This document shows positions 37,385 to 50,152 of a stretch of 56,350 bases of DNA, piece by piece. Numbering within the stretch: position 1 is the stretch's first letter; each line of letters opens with the position of its first letter. Source of the DNA: Octopus bimaculoides (Eukaryota); NCBI RefSeq assembly GCF_001194135.2, contig NC_068986.1:5884065-5940414 (forward strand). The letters are read 5' to 3'. Below the pieces are notes generated by a model. That model ran no database searches. It had not been told where the DNA came from and saw only the letters and a program-made list of their open reading frames with translations. Made by a program: the position numbers and the translations under genes.

Positions 37385-37596
37385 ACATATCTGGCCATAT
37401 CCAAACAAAATATTCAACCTGCTTTATGTTCAAACTGGCCAGATGTGGTCTCTCACACCAATCCTACAATATTATTCTAAAAATTAACAGTTACCTCTTT
37501 AAAATCTTAAAGCTACAAGATAATGGATGATTAATTCAAAGCAATGTAACTAAATAAATATTACTTTTGACAATAATGTGATTGCTGAATGGTTAA
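37385..37596. mobile_element. piggyBac-type MITE M1, left end lost
   Basis: M1 body ending GGTTAA. Confidence 0.7.
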
Positions 37597-37665
37597 AAAC
37601 AAGTTGAATGATATAAGGTGTCTTTTTTTATTTTTTATCTTAGCCAATAATTGGTCTTTCAGTTT

Positions 37666-38034
37666 CTCTTTTACTTGTTTCTGTGAATGCAGTGATACTG
37701 GGGTACTGCTTTGAAGGGTTTAGTCAAACAAATCGACCCTGGTACTTATTTTTTTAAGCCTGAAACTTCTAAGTTACAGGGATGTAAACAAATGAACACC
37801 TGTTGTCAAACAGTGCTGGGTGACAAACACAAACGTAAAGATGCACATGGATATACGTATTATGTATATATGTATGTATGACAGGCTTCTTTCAGTTTCT
37901 GTTTACCGATTCCACTCAAGGATTTGGTTGTCCTGGGGTTATAGTAGAAAACACTTGCCCAAGGTGCCATGCAGTGGAACTGAACCCAGAACCATATGGT
38001 TAGGGAGCAAACTTCTCACCACACAGCCATGCCT
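37666..38034 (-). mobile_element. SINE S1 copy (diverged)
   Basis: Colinear with 12509-12906. Confidence 0.8.
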
Positions 38035-40494
38035 GTATCTAATTGTATTTTTTCATTATCACCATTATTATTTTATTCTTTAAAATTTATGAAGACATAG
38101 TAGGGCATAGTTTATACATTAATATTTTAGAGTTTAAATCAGTCCTCTTGCATTAGATAGTACCAGTAATATACTAGGATTCAAATATATCCACTGTATT
38201 AGCTTAGCTTAAAAAATGCCTAATAGAAAAATCATATTATAATTGTTCACCGTCTCAGATGTTGGTCTTAGTTTACTCCAGTTATTCTTAAATATATGCA
38301 TCCATTGTTTTGAACAAATGTCTTCAGATGGTATCAGTTTAATATGATTCTTTGCTGTACCAAATATAATCTTTTTAATAACTTACTGGCGAGGCTCTAA
38401 TGACAATCAATGATATTTGGTTGGTAGATTTAATCCATTGCCTGGTTTAACACCATCCACTTGGTCCTTTGGGTGGAACCATTACCAGAGTTCACTCTGT
38501 TGTTGTAAGTATTTGGAACAGGTTTTAGGCCTGGGGAAAAATCCTTAACATGTGGTTTCTTCTTCCCTTTCTCACTACCAGTCTCATGGGACATGCACAA
38601 AGATCATGGGTGTTGCCCTTCCTCTTCTTAACTAAGCCATAACAAATATATTTAGAGAAATATCTCATTTGGAAACTTTCTCTTCTCTTTTTCTGTCTGC
38701 CCCTCTACTTTTCTCTCTCACTGTCTCTCTCTCTCTCTCCCTTGTTGTATGAAAGGCAGATTAAATGGGGCCATGAGTTGGAGAAGTGTAATGCAGTATG
38801 ATTATGAATCATGGACAGGGAATTCAAAGGATTTGTTGCAATTAGTGTTGAGTAGTGTTCTGTTGATTCTGTTCACTATAGAACTGTGAGTGTAAATCAG
38901 ATGAACTTTTTGACTGTACGTATATAACAATTCTTCTGAAGTAAATGGTGTGGAAATCAGTGAGTCACATCTGTTCCACTTCTCAAAGTTGGTGCTGAGG
39001 CACTTAGCTAATCTCACTGAGTACTCCAATGACAAATGTGAAGCAATAATAGCCTAGATGTAGGATTTGAAAGTTCCTCATTAATTTTTCATAGATTTTT
39101 CTCTTTCCCATTTATTTGAAAAGGGATGTTGAAAGCTATTTGTCTGAGCTCACTGCCTAATACCAACTTCATCTTTCAAGTGATTTAAATTAAAAATTTT
39201 TATTAAAATTTTATGTTATGTTCCAAACATCAGCTAAATTATGACAGCTATTTTACTAATTTTTATTTTCAAAATTTACTGAAACAATGACAGTGTATTC
39301 CAACAGTAATACTGTGCATATTTTCTGTCACTTATGCTCATATCAGTCTATTTTCTTTGCACTTTATAGATATTGTAATGAGCTCATACTAATATGGATT
39401 CCATGTTACCGTAGATATGTTAAATTTATGTGTATATCCTTATAAATTGTGTTTTACGTTTTGGTGTCATTTAACCCTTTAACATTCAGATTACACTTTT
39501 GTGGTTAATCCTAGATTTTTGTTTTCTATATCAATATATACATTATTTGCATAAATTGGAGCACATTTATGATGAAAATTTTGTTGATTGCTAATTATCA
39601 AAATACTTATATAAAAAACTTGTTACTTAATTTTGCATGTTGAGCAAATGGTATGTTTATTGCTATATGGTTAGTATATGTGTGTGTGTATTTGCATATT
39701 TGCCTGTCATAGTATGCGTCTGGTTATCATTGATATATTGTCGTCATACAGTGTTATCAACTGTATATGCAATTAATATTGTTTGCCTATGATAACATCT
39801 GTGTAATGTTGTTACTGTGCTTGCTTCTGAAAATAACTGCTTTTGACAACCTGTTATCAATCTCTGTCCAGTTTTGCTTGACATTTTAGCTTGTTATAAG
39901 ACCTTATCATTCCCTCATAACTATATCTGATTTATCTCTCTATCATCTGGATAAATTTCCCCAACGTTTTCATGTTAAAAGTGTTGCATATGAAAGCGAT
40001 ATAGCAAAATGTATATCACTGATTTAACTGTTTTCTAACTCCACCACCAAAACTACCACCACCACCTATTTCTAATAAGGAACATTGTCTGGTTCTTTCA
40101 ATTAATTTGAAAATAATCAGAATTTCATTATAATTAGAAGTTGGAAGGATTTGGTAAGATAACTAACTTTTCCATTATTATTTTATCTCTGTCATTGCAT
40201 TTAAAATGACTCCTAAGAAGCTTTTGATCCAGGAGATGAGAGAGATGGAAACTAGTCAGGCAGCAATTTAGTCTGAAAGTTCTCATGTTAGATGCAAAGG
40301 TTTTGCAATATGATTTAATGGGTTTTTTTTTCCCTCCTCTTTATAGTTGATTTAATATTGATTTGGCTAGTTTCTTTCAAACAGTATTTTTCTTATACAT
40401 GTCTTGTCGGTATCAATTATTGCTCAGTAGGTATTTTGTAGCTGTCTTTGATTGTTAAAGTTTAACCTTGAGAGTTTAATGAAACAGTTGCAAG

Positions 40495-40940
40495 TCAGAA
40501 TTGGACAAAATGCTTAGCAGCATTTCTTCTGGCTCTTTACATTATTTTTCAAATGCTGTTGAAGTCAACTTTGCCTTTCATCCTTTCAGAGTGGATAAAA
40601 TAAAGTACCAAACAAATATTGTAATAGACTAACGTGTAAAGACATTCGAGTGAGATTGTTGCCAGTGCCGCCGAACTGGCTCCTGTGCAGGTGGCACGTA
40701 AAATACACCATTTTGAGTGTGGCCATTGCCAGTACTGCCTGACTGGGCCTTCGTGCTGGTGGCACGTAAAAGCACCTACTACATTCTTGGAGTGGTTGGT
40801 GTTAGGAAGGACATCCAGCTGTAGAAACTCTGCCAAATCGGTTTGGTGCCTGGTGTAGCCATCTGGTTTCACCAGTCCTCAGTCAAATCGTCCAACCCAT
40901 GCTAGCATGGAAAGCGGATGTTAAACGATGATGATGATGA
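40495..40940 (+). mobile_element. SINE S2 5' part followed by an RTE 3' UTR copy
   Basis: S2 body to ~40620, then the RTE UTR/tail ending aaacgatgatgatgatg. Confidence 0.75.
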
Positions 40941-41929
40941 CTAACCCTCTCCCACTAAAAAATTCCTGGCCGTGCATCAAAATTTGAAATAATTAATAGG
41001 TAATATAACTGCTTGCTTTATCACCAGACTACCTATGTATAACTTTATGTTGGCACACAGTGTTTCCCCTCCAGATCTCACTGTGGTAGATTTATCCATG
41101 GAATATCACCAAGCATTAAGTACTTCTTAAGAGTCACAAGTGAATTCTTCAAGGTGTTGATGTCCTTGCTCTTGAACACTTGATATAGTTGCTTTTGTTG
41201 CTCAGATGATACTAAGCAACACTCAAGAGATTTTCTGAACTTGTGTTTCAGTGTCACTATTTCTATGAAAGCATCCAACTAAAGTTAGGATCTTATGGGT
41301 TTTGATGTTATTAAACTAGATTTCTTTTATAGTCCAGTCAAACCTTCCAAACGTTGCTGTTGATATTTGCAGTACAAATGCATTGTAAGATGTTGCTTTG
41401 TAAGTGAAAAACTCTAAAAACCATAATCACAAAAAATCAAATGTAATATGTTTGTTTATAACACCTCTGTATAATATATTTTGTCAATACCAAGTTATAT
41501 GTAGCACTTGCTGTTTTCAACAACGCTTGGAAAGCAATTTTCCCACGTTATGTGTGAACATTTCTTCTGGCCAAGTTCCATCCTTATATCTGCTGGAAAT
41601 GTTATTAAACCCAGCTGCTTCTCAGCACCAGGGATATATCCAGTGTAGATCTTTTTGTCTGCTTTGACAAAGAAATTATGGGTTACATTAGTTTCTCCTG
41701 ATGTAAACTTTAGTACACAATCATTGGGTTGTTGTAAAAAAAAGCAAACAAAAAAAAACGTTTTGTTTAGTGCTGCTAAAATGCAAAAGTAGAGAGAGAC
41801 CACTCTTTGGAATGTTTCTTTTGAAAGACCTAAATTCAAGGCAATCCTTGTGCTTTCAGTTATGCGATTGAAAATAGTTGATCAGATCCTTTCACTAAGT
41901 GGGATGGCTTGGCAATAGTATGGTAAGAG

Positions 41930-42150
41930 TAAGGCGATAAGCTGGCAGAATTGTTTACATGTCAAGCAAAATGCTTAGTAGCAATTTACTGGCTTTTATG
42001 TTCTGATTTCAAATACTGTCAAAGTCAGTTTTAACTTTCATCCTTACGGGGTCGATAAAATAAAGTACCAGTCGAGTACTGGGGCTGATGTAATTGACTT
42101 ACCCCTCCCCTAACATTGTTGGCCTTGTGTAAAAAAATCTGAAACCAATA
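41930..42150 (+). mobile_element. tRNA-derived SINE family S2
   Basis: aaggcgataagctggcagaa...ttcaaat...tttcatcctt.cggggtcgataaaataaagtaccag...gaaacc. Confidence 0.75.
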
Positions 42151-43004
42151 GTATGTTAGGGTTACCGATAATTAAAAACCTTACTGTAGTCAAGTTTCTT
42201 TATTTCAGATCATAGAACATTAACCCTTTAGTATCTAAACACTTAGTCATCCTTTGTTGAAAATTTTAGTTAAAATATATTTAAGTAAAAAGTGAGTTTA
42301 GTAATTAAATTGTCATTATATTAATTTTCATGAGCTCTTTTCAGATTATTCCATGTTGTCTTTGACATTTACTTTTGTTAAAATAAACATTAGCTTCCAT
42401 AAATAAATAAGTCTTTGCAGGTACAGATTTGACTATAAAATGATGATAAACTTCTGGTATCCTCCACAGCAAGTGACTAAATAATTGTTTTCTCTCAATG
42501 TAACTCAACTTATTTTGTGCCAGTTACTATACAATTTACCATGCTGCAGGTTATGTCGGTTCTTACAAAACTATAGGGAAATTATAATTCTGATAATTGG
42601 GTTGACAAACATACTCCCTCGCCAAATTAGGACTTTTAACCCCCATATTTCTATGTAATTCTGTGTTAATGTTTTTATAAATGTAATTAATTCATTAACT
42701 TGCTGTAATTGGGATTGACAATTATGAGGCTGTTTTTCTTATGTGATAAGTTCTATATTTTTTTTTTTATTTACATATTTCTCTTCTTCCAAATTGATGC
42801 CCACTTCCTTTTGTACATGTGTATGCATGTGTGTATATACATATGCATACCCACACCCACTCTCTCTCACTAACACACACACACACTGGCACAGTGTCTG
42901 CGTTGTCTAAATGTTGCAGACATTTCCTTCACAATATGTGTCTATACATGCCTATAAATAGCTCCTTAAAATTTGGTACATTCACCAAAGCATTCACTGC
43001 AAAG

Positions 43005-43043
<39 letters not shown>

Positions 43044-44193
43044 CGCGCATGTGTGTGTGGCTGCAGAAAGTTGATTTTACATCACATTATATTACACTGT
43101 GTGAAATAGTTCCCTTTATTATCTCTCTTAAATGTTTTTAACCGTTCACTGCATTAAATATTCTCTTNNNNNNNNNNNNNNNNNNNNNNNNNNNNNNNNN
43201 NNNNNNNNNNNNNNNNNNNNNNNNNNNNNNNNNNNNNNNNNNNNNNNNNNNNNNNNNNNNNNNNNNNNNNNNNNNNNNNNNNNNNNNNNNNNNNNNNNNN
43301 NNNNNNNNNNNNNNNNNNNNNNNNNNNNNNNNNNNNNNNNNNNNNNNNNNNNNNNNNNNNNNNNNNNNNNNNNNNNNNNNNNNNNNNNNNNNNNNNNNNN
43401 NNNNNNNNNNNNNNNNNNNNNNNNNNNNNNNNNNNNNNNNNNNNNNNNNNNNNNNNNNNNNNNNNNNNNNNNNNNNNNNNNNNNNNNNNNNNNNNNNNNN
43501 NNNNNACATAGATGTGCACATATGCACATGTGCACACTAATACACACACGTATGCACACATACATGCATTCCCCCAAACACATTGACATACATACATATA
43601 TTCAGACATAGACACTTTGACACACATTCATGCATTCAGGTAAATACATACATGCACACACACACACACACACACACACTCAGACACACTGACATGCACA
43701 TACTCACACATTCACACATGCTGTCTCTTTCTCCCTCTCTCTCACACTCTCTTTCTCACTCACACACACGCATATACATACACATATGTACATATATATA
43801 TATATATATGTTTGTGTATATATACAAACACATATACATATGTATGTGTGTGTGTGTATATATATATATGTAAACACACACACATACATGTGCAAATGTA
43901 TACGTGTGTGTGTGTGTATATGTGTGTATACAGATATAAATACACGCATATGAAGGGCTTCTTTCAGTTTCTGGCTACCAAATCCACTTACAAGGCTTTG
44001 GTTGGTCTGAGACTATAGGAGAAGACTTTCCCAAGGTATCACACATTGAACCCAGAACCATGTGGTTGGGAAGTAAACTTCTGATCACACAGTCACATCA
44101 TAGATATTTTAAACTAAATTGAGAGGTCTCTGAATTTCAATAAAAAATTTACGAATCTCTTAGTATGTTTTTTGTTATTAGTTCCATTCTGGT

Positions 44194-44417
44194 TTAATCC
44201 ATTAGCATTTAGTCTGGCTATATGCCTGCCCAAATATTCTACTTGTTTTATGTTCAAACTGGCCAAATCTGGTCTCTCACTCCTACCCTACAATATCATT
44301 CTAAAAATGAGGAATCACACCACCGAAATCTCATAACTACAAGATAAAGCAGGATTATTTCAATGTGAATAAATAAACATAATGTTTGACAGCATACTTT
44401 GAATGCTAAAGGGTTAA
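44194..44417. mobile_element. piggyBac-type MITE M1
   Basis: TTAATCCATTAGCATT ... GAATGCTAAAGGGTTAA. Confidence 0.78.
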
Positions 44418-44844
44418 TGATATTGGTGTTTTCAAATATATGAATCATAAGTTGGATATATTAAAGCCAACAGAGATGACTCAAAACCTACACTATAAGC
44501 AATGTTCATTTTTACTGTTGTATATTGACTTTACCAGTTATTATTATTTTCAAGAGAGATAAAACCATTGGAGATAAGACAGAATTCACTTTGATTTATA
44601 TGATTTAAAGAATGGAAATAAATATTTCTGTAAAACCTTGAGAACAAGGGGAGCAGGTACTATCAGCTTTGCTATTTGGAGTTAAGGTAAATGAAATTTT
44701 ATATGAACAGCAGAGAGAGAGAGAGAGAGAGAGAGAGTTAACATCTGTTTTGACCATATTTAGATGCGTTGGTGTTGGTCATTCTAGGTTAATAGCATTC
44801 AGAAGTTTCCTCTTTGGCCCCTATGCTAATATCTTGTCTAATTC

Positions 44845-45058
44845 TTAAGGTGGCAAGCTGCAGAACCATTAGCATGCCCGGTAAATACTTAGTGGCATTT
44901 GGTCTGTCCTTCATTTTGAGTTCAAATTTCACTAAGGTCATCTTTGCCTTTCATCCTTTTGGGGTTGATAAAATAAGTACCAGTTGAACACTGGGGTTGA
45001 TGTAATTGACTTACCCTGCCCTCAAAATTGCTGGCCTTGTGCCAAAATCTGAAACCAG
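44845..45058 (+). mobile_element. SINE S2 copy
   Basis: Colinear with 41930-42150. Confidence 0.75.
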
Positions 45059-45150
45059 TATCTTGTCTAATCTTATTGTATGCTCATTTGGTTTTATTTC
45101 ATAAAATTAAATAATATTTAAAGCTTAGTTTTATTAATATTAGAACAATC

Positions 45151-45410
45151 TCTACATCAAACCAACTCTGTTGTGGGCTATGAGTGACTTTATTTTTTAT
45201 GAGGCTTTCTGACAGTTTGAATATTACAGAATTAATCTGCCTAGCATCCTGTTGAAATGAACTTGAACTTAGAATCTTAACTATACAAAACAACTGCGTA
45301 CTATTATTATTTTGCTATAAGCTAAGTTTTATTTGCATTTTTAGACTTCTCTTAAAGCTTGTCGGTCTTGCTTAGGCACCCTGTAGATTTATTCTTTGTT
45401 TTGTTTATTC
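45151..45410. repeat. Unclassified ~260-bp repeat A, copy 1
   Basis: Diverged direct copy at 46297-46572. Confidence 0.8.
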
Positions 45411-45720
45411 ATTTGTTTGTTTATCCATGCTAGCATGGCTTGGATGAGAGTTGATTTTGAGGTTGGATTTAATAGCCAGTTACTTTTCCTGTCATAAAAC
45501 CTCAGCAGTTTTTCAGATGAAAAATTTTTATATTCCCCAAGTCTTTGAAAGCACAGGGCAACTAAACTGGTCATAATGTCAACAATGAATGTCTACATCA
45601 GCACCACTTCACACAAATGGTGACAAGTGAAATATCAATTTTCACACACACACACACACACAACAAGCTTGATACAGTTTCCCTCTACCCAATTCACTCA
45701 CAATGTGATTAATGGGTTGG

Positions 45721-45779
45721 ATGGGTGCTCTTGAAGGAGCAAAAACTCTTGAAATATGGCATATATGCTCTTTACCCAT
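45721..45779 (+). ncRNA. Degenerate type I hammerhead-like motif, copy 1
   Basis: ATGGGTG CTCTTGA AGGAGC-AAAA-ACTCTT GAAA TATGGCATATATGCTCTTT ACCCAT: stem I and GAAA intact, CUGAUGA mutated. Confidence 0.45.
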
Positions 45780-45990
45780 TTTTCATCTTTGATCTCATTG
45801 TTGTTTACATCACGTGTCTCGGATATGGAATAGTGTAACAAAATCAGTGCAGGCTATAATTTCTATAGAAAATTTGCAGAGATGTACCAGCTTCCAGGAA
45901 TGTGTTGACTGTAAAATTGGTATATCCAATAACATTACACTGGTATATTTAGTGGCTATTTAAGCAATGTGTTTGTGGGTGATTAATGGG

Positions 45991-46049
45991 ATGGATGCTG
46001 ATGAAGGAGTGAAAACTACTAAAACATGGCATATATGCCCATTACCCAC
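45991..46049 (+). ncRNA. Degenerate type I hammerhead-like motif, copy 2
   Basis: CTGATGA AGGAGT-GAAA-ACTACT AAAA C AT GGCATATATGCC CATT ACCCAC: CUGAUGA intact, G of GAAA changed to A, palindromic GGCATATATGCC. Confidence 0.45.
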
Positions 46050-46296
46050 TTTTCATTTTTGATCTTGTTGTTCACATCTGGCTTCTCAGATATGAAACAT
46101 TGTAACGAAATCAGTTCTGGCTATAATTTTTTATAGAAAATCTGTTGAGATAACCTTAACAAGTCACAAAGCATTGATCAGCCTGGGATGAAAAAGTAAA
46201 AGACACCCAAGGTGCTGTGCAGTGGGACCAAACCTGAAACAGTTGAGTTGCAAAGTGAACTTCTCAACCACACAACCATGCCTTTGCCAAATAACC

Positions 46297-46572
46297 TCTG
46301 CATCAAACCAGCTCTGTTGGAGGGTGAGGTGGGGTTGCATGATTGACTTAATTTTTACGAGGCAAGCAAGCTGACAGTTTGAGTATTACAAAAATTAATC
46401 TACCTGCCATCCTGTTGAAATGCTGTTAAACTCAGTATCTTAAATATACAAAACAACTGTGTAGTATTATTATTAGTCTGTTATAAGCTAATTTTTTATT
46501 TATGTTATTAGACTTCCTTTACTACTTGTAGTCTTGTCTACGCACCTTGTAAATTTTTCCTTTGTTTATTTT
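46297..46572. repeat. Unclassified repeat A, copy 2
   Basis: Aligns with 45151-45410. Confidence 0.8.
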
Positions 46573-47478
46573 TTAAACTCTCCATCTTGATAGTTATCAT
46601 TCTTCAAGCTTCTCTTCAATTTTTCTTTTATCCATTGACCATGAAAAGCAATTCTGAACAGATATTGATTCTGTTAGTCTGCTTGTTGGATTACTGAAGC
46701 TGTTCTTTTAGANNNNNNNNNNTGTGTATCCACTAACAAATGGCAGATTTCCATTCAAAGTCAATAACCTTAGCCAATATCATTGATTTCTCTGACATAC
46801 AACATAAAATATATCTCTCATTCAATCTTGTCAGATTGCTACTATAGTTGAAGTAACTTTTCTAGTTTTATCTTTGTCTACTGTTATATAATAACATCAT
46901 GTTATTGATTTATTATTTTTTCCCCCCTTAATTCTAGTGTTTGGTTTGTTACTGATAAATAGCTCATCATTTGTATGAACAAAAAAAAAAAAAAGAAAGC
47001 AAATACATCTGCTTTTCCTTTGTCTGTTGAGTTGGTCTGACTAATTCCTCAAACAATTGATTTTACTACACTCAGTAGGTGTTGGTTTAAGTACACTTTA
47101 ATAATGTAATAGTCACAAAATGATGTAATGTCAAGTTTTTAATTTAAAGTATTTCATATTTAAAATTTGATATTTTCTGTGAAATTCATTGTCACTAGGA
47201 TCTTTTATTGTTGCCATTACATCTACCACCATGATGACCACCACCATCAACATCATTTATATATATATGGACATGGGTTAACATCTCAGTTTCATTCATG
47301 TGCAGGTGGATTCAGATGTCTTTCAGCATTAAATGATATACAAAATTTTAATTTTCTTATATTACAATTTTGTTTTTGTATATATTTTTAATTGCATCTT
47401 TGCTATTTTGTTATATGCACACAAAAGATGTTATTAAGACAATGGATATGTATTTATATATAAAAGATGTTATTAAGA

Positions 47479-47654
47479 CAGGGTGTCCACAAAGTCTGGG
47501 TACATGTAGTAAATAAAATCATAACATAAACAATTAAATATGAGAAATAATAATTTCTTAAAGCATGTGTTAATCCCCATGTGGGTACATGGAGTAAATA
47601 AAATCATAACAAATAATTAAATATAAGAAATAATAATTTCTTAAAGTATGTGTT
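47479..47654. mobile_element. Tc1-type MITE left part with internal duplication, cut by an assembly gap
   Basis: Starts CAGGGTGTCCACAAAGTC; a ~80-bp unit occurs twice before the N-run. Confidence 0.55.
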
Positions 47655-47874
47655 NNNNNNNNNNNNNNNNNNNNNNNNNNNNNNNNNNNNNNNNNNNNNN
47701 NNNNNNNNNNNNNNNNNNNNNNNNNNNNNNNNNNNNNNNNNNNNNNNNNNNNNNNNNNNNNNNNNNNNNNNNNNNNNNNNNNNNNNNNNNNNNNNNNNNN
47801 NNNNNNNNNNNNNNNNNNNNNNNNNNNNNNNNNNNNNNNNNNNNNNNNNNNNNNNNNNNNNNNNNNNNNNNNNN

Positions 47875-47926
<52 letters not shown>

Positions 47927-48820
47927 TCACCTAATGATTGTCATTTGGGATCAAGGATGACTTAATAGCATGCACTATGCTTTCAATAATTGTTTGAGTC
48001 CTGTGTAGCCATAAATAGACATAGATACCTTCTTAGCACCTCTACCCTTAATTCAGCAAAGCATTCAAGTTATGACAGCTGCATAGAATGCACTGCCTGG
48101 TTTGAGAATTGAACCTTTGGCCTTGTGATTATGTGCCAAAGGGACTTTTGAATAACTTTGTATATTAATCCTGTTTTTTTTTTTTCTGTGGTCATCTTCC
48201 TAGTCTTACTTTTCTGTCGCACGTGCATTCTACACTAATCCATAGTACATGCCTCTTTGCCCTGTTTGTGGCATCCGTTCATTTACATGCCCGTACTTGT
48301 ATGGCCGTCTCTCCTGCAGTCGTTATTGTCATTGCCGCTGTACCAGTAGAAGTTGTTCTTTGTTGCCTTTCAAGTTAAAGAGGCAGAATGACTCTAACAT
48401 AGAGAGAGAGAGAGAGAAACAGACAGACAGACACCCACCCACACACCCACACACACTTTCTCTCTTTCTTATATATTAATGTTTTAATCTAATCTTACTC
48501 TAAGAGGGGATTCCTCTTTTCTTTACTATAAGGTATGTTTTCATAACCACCTACTTTGCCTGTCAGCTATTTATTATTTATAAATTGTCTGCTATTTATT
48601 ATGAGGGAAAAGTGACTTGTCTGTTGTTTCATTCATATGAACAACAGTGTCAACTCATTGATTATAGGGTTTCCAATCACCAATCCTTGGGTCACTGTAT
48701 TTCTGACTGCAAAAATGACAAGAGAATGTACATAACTTGGTGCAAAGGATTTTGTTTAAGAGCACCAGTTATTTGCAGATTTTTCTTTTCTTTTCTGCCA
48801 TTTGCCTATGCCAGTGAAAG

Positions 48821-48869
<49 letters not shown>

Positions 48870-48972
48870 TACACACAGTTACATATGCACACGCTGAGAC
48901 AAACACATATATGCTCATAGATACAAACACACATACTCATACAGAAATACATGCAAACAGACATAAACACAT

Positions 48973-49071
<99 letters not shown>

Positions 49072-49233
49072 GTCTACCAAATGACACTCACAATGCATTG
49101 ATCAACTCAAAGCAATAGCAGAGGGCACTTTTGTCAAAGGTTCTGTATAGTGAAATTGAACCAGAAACTGTGTGATTGCAAAGCAAAACTTCTTAACTAT
49201 ACAGCTATTTTATTTAGAAGCAATACCATAGAT

Positions 49234-49491
49234 CTGTGGTTCTCAACCATATTTTTTTTTTATCGATGGACCCTTTTGATTCTTATTTTACACTGATAGA
49301 CCCTCATAGCCATTTGATATTCAAACTGACCTATTATTTTATAATTAAATATTATTAGGAATTGTATTTTAAAAAATCGTTAAAATATTTGGTGTATTAT
49401 AGAAGTATAAGCAATTTATTGCTCCTAAATTTCAACAATAAAATCTTATATGACCCCGAAGGGCCATATGGATCCTGATTGAGAACCATTG
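49234..49491. mobile_element. hAT-type MITE (same family as 10571-10831)
   Basis: CTGTGGTTCTCAACC ... GATTGAGAACCATTG; flanks CCATAGAT / CTGTAGAT. Confidence 0.75.
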
Positions 49492-49581
49492 CTGTAGATG
49501 AATTTTGTGGAAAGAGAATAAAATATTTTGTCTGAGGGTTATGTGTTAGACATATTCAATTCTAAATTTTTTTTTTATATA

Positions 49582-49721
49582 GGCACAGGCATGGCTGTGT
49601 GGTAAGAAGTTCAGTCCCACTGCATGACACCTTGGGCAAGTGTCTACTACTATAGCTTCAGGTTGACCAAAGCCTTGTGAGTGGATTTGGTAGACGGAAA
49701 CTGAAAGAAGCCTGTTGTGTA

Positions 49722-49770
<49 letters not shown>

Positions 49771-50152
49771 GTTGGCGTTAGGAAGGGCATCTAGCTATAG
49801 AAACTCTGCCAAATTTAGATTGGAGCCTGGTGTTGCCATCCGGTTTCACCAGTCCTCAGTCAAGTCGTCCAACCCATGCTAGCATGGAAAGCGGACGTTA
49901 AACGATGATGATGATGATGATGATATATATATTTATATATGTATGTATATGTATGTATGTATGTATGTATGTGTCTGTGTTTGTCCCCCTGCCATCACTT
50001 GATAATGCTGGTGTGTTTATATCTCCCTGTAACTTAGCAGTTTGGCAAAATAGAATATAAAGAAGTTCTGGGGCTGATTAGTTTGACTAAAACTTTTTAA
50101 GGCAGTGCTCCAGTATGGCCACAGTCAAATGACTGAAACAAGTAAAAGAATG
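49582..50152 (+). mobile_element. SINE S1 copy with an RTE tail (49768-49924) inserted in its (TA)n core
   Basis: S1 head and CORE-like part, (TA)n, RTE tail with (GAT)n, then the S1 3' half. Confidence 0.85.

Larger units (their letters stand above)
45705..46151 (+). repeat. ~274-bp tandem repeat B (about 1.6 units) carrying degenerate hammerhead motifs, inserted in a SINE S1 copy
   Basis: 45705-45883 aligns with 45979-46151. Flanking TCACAA duplication (45698-45703, 46164-46169). The SINE resumes at ~46170. Confidence 0.75.

Noticed and set aside
47497-47654. ~80-bp duplication next to a gap
   Set aside because: Lies inside a Tc1-type MITE at a contig end, so assembly overlap cannot be excluded.
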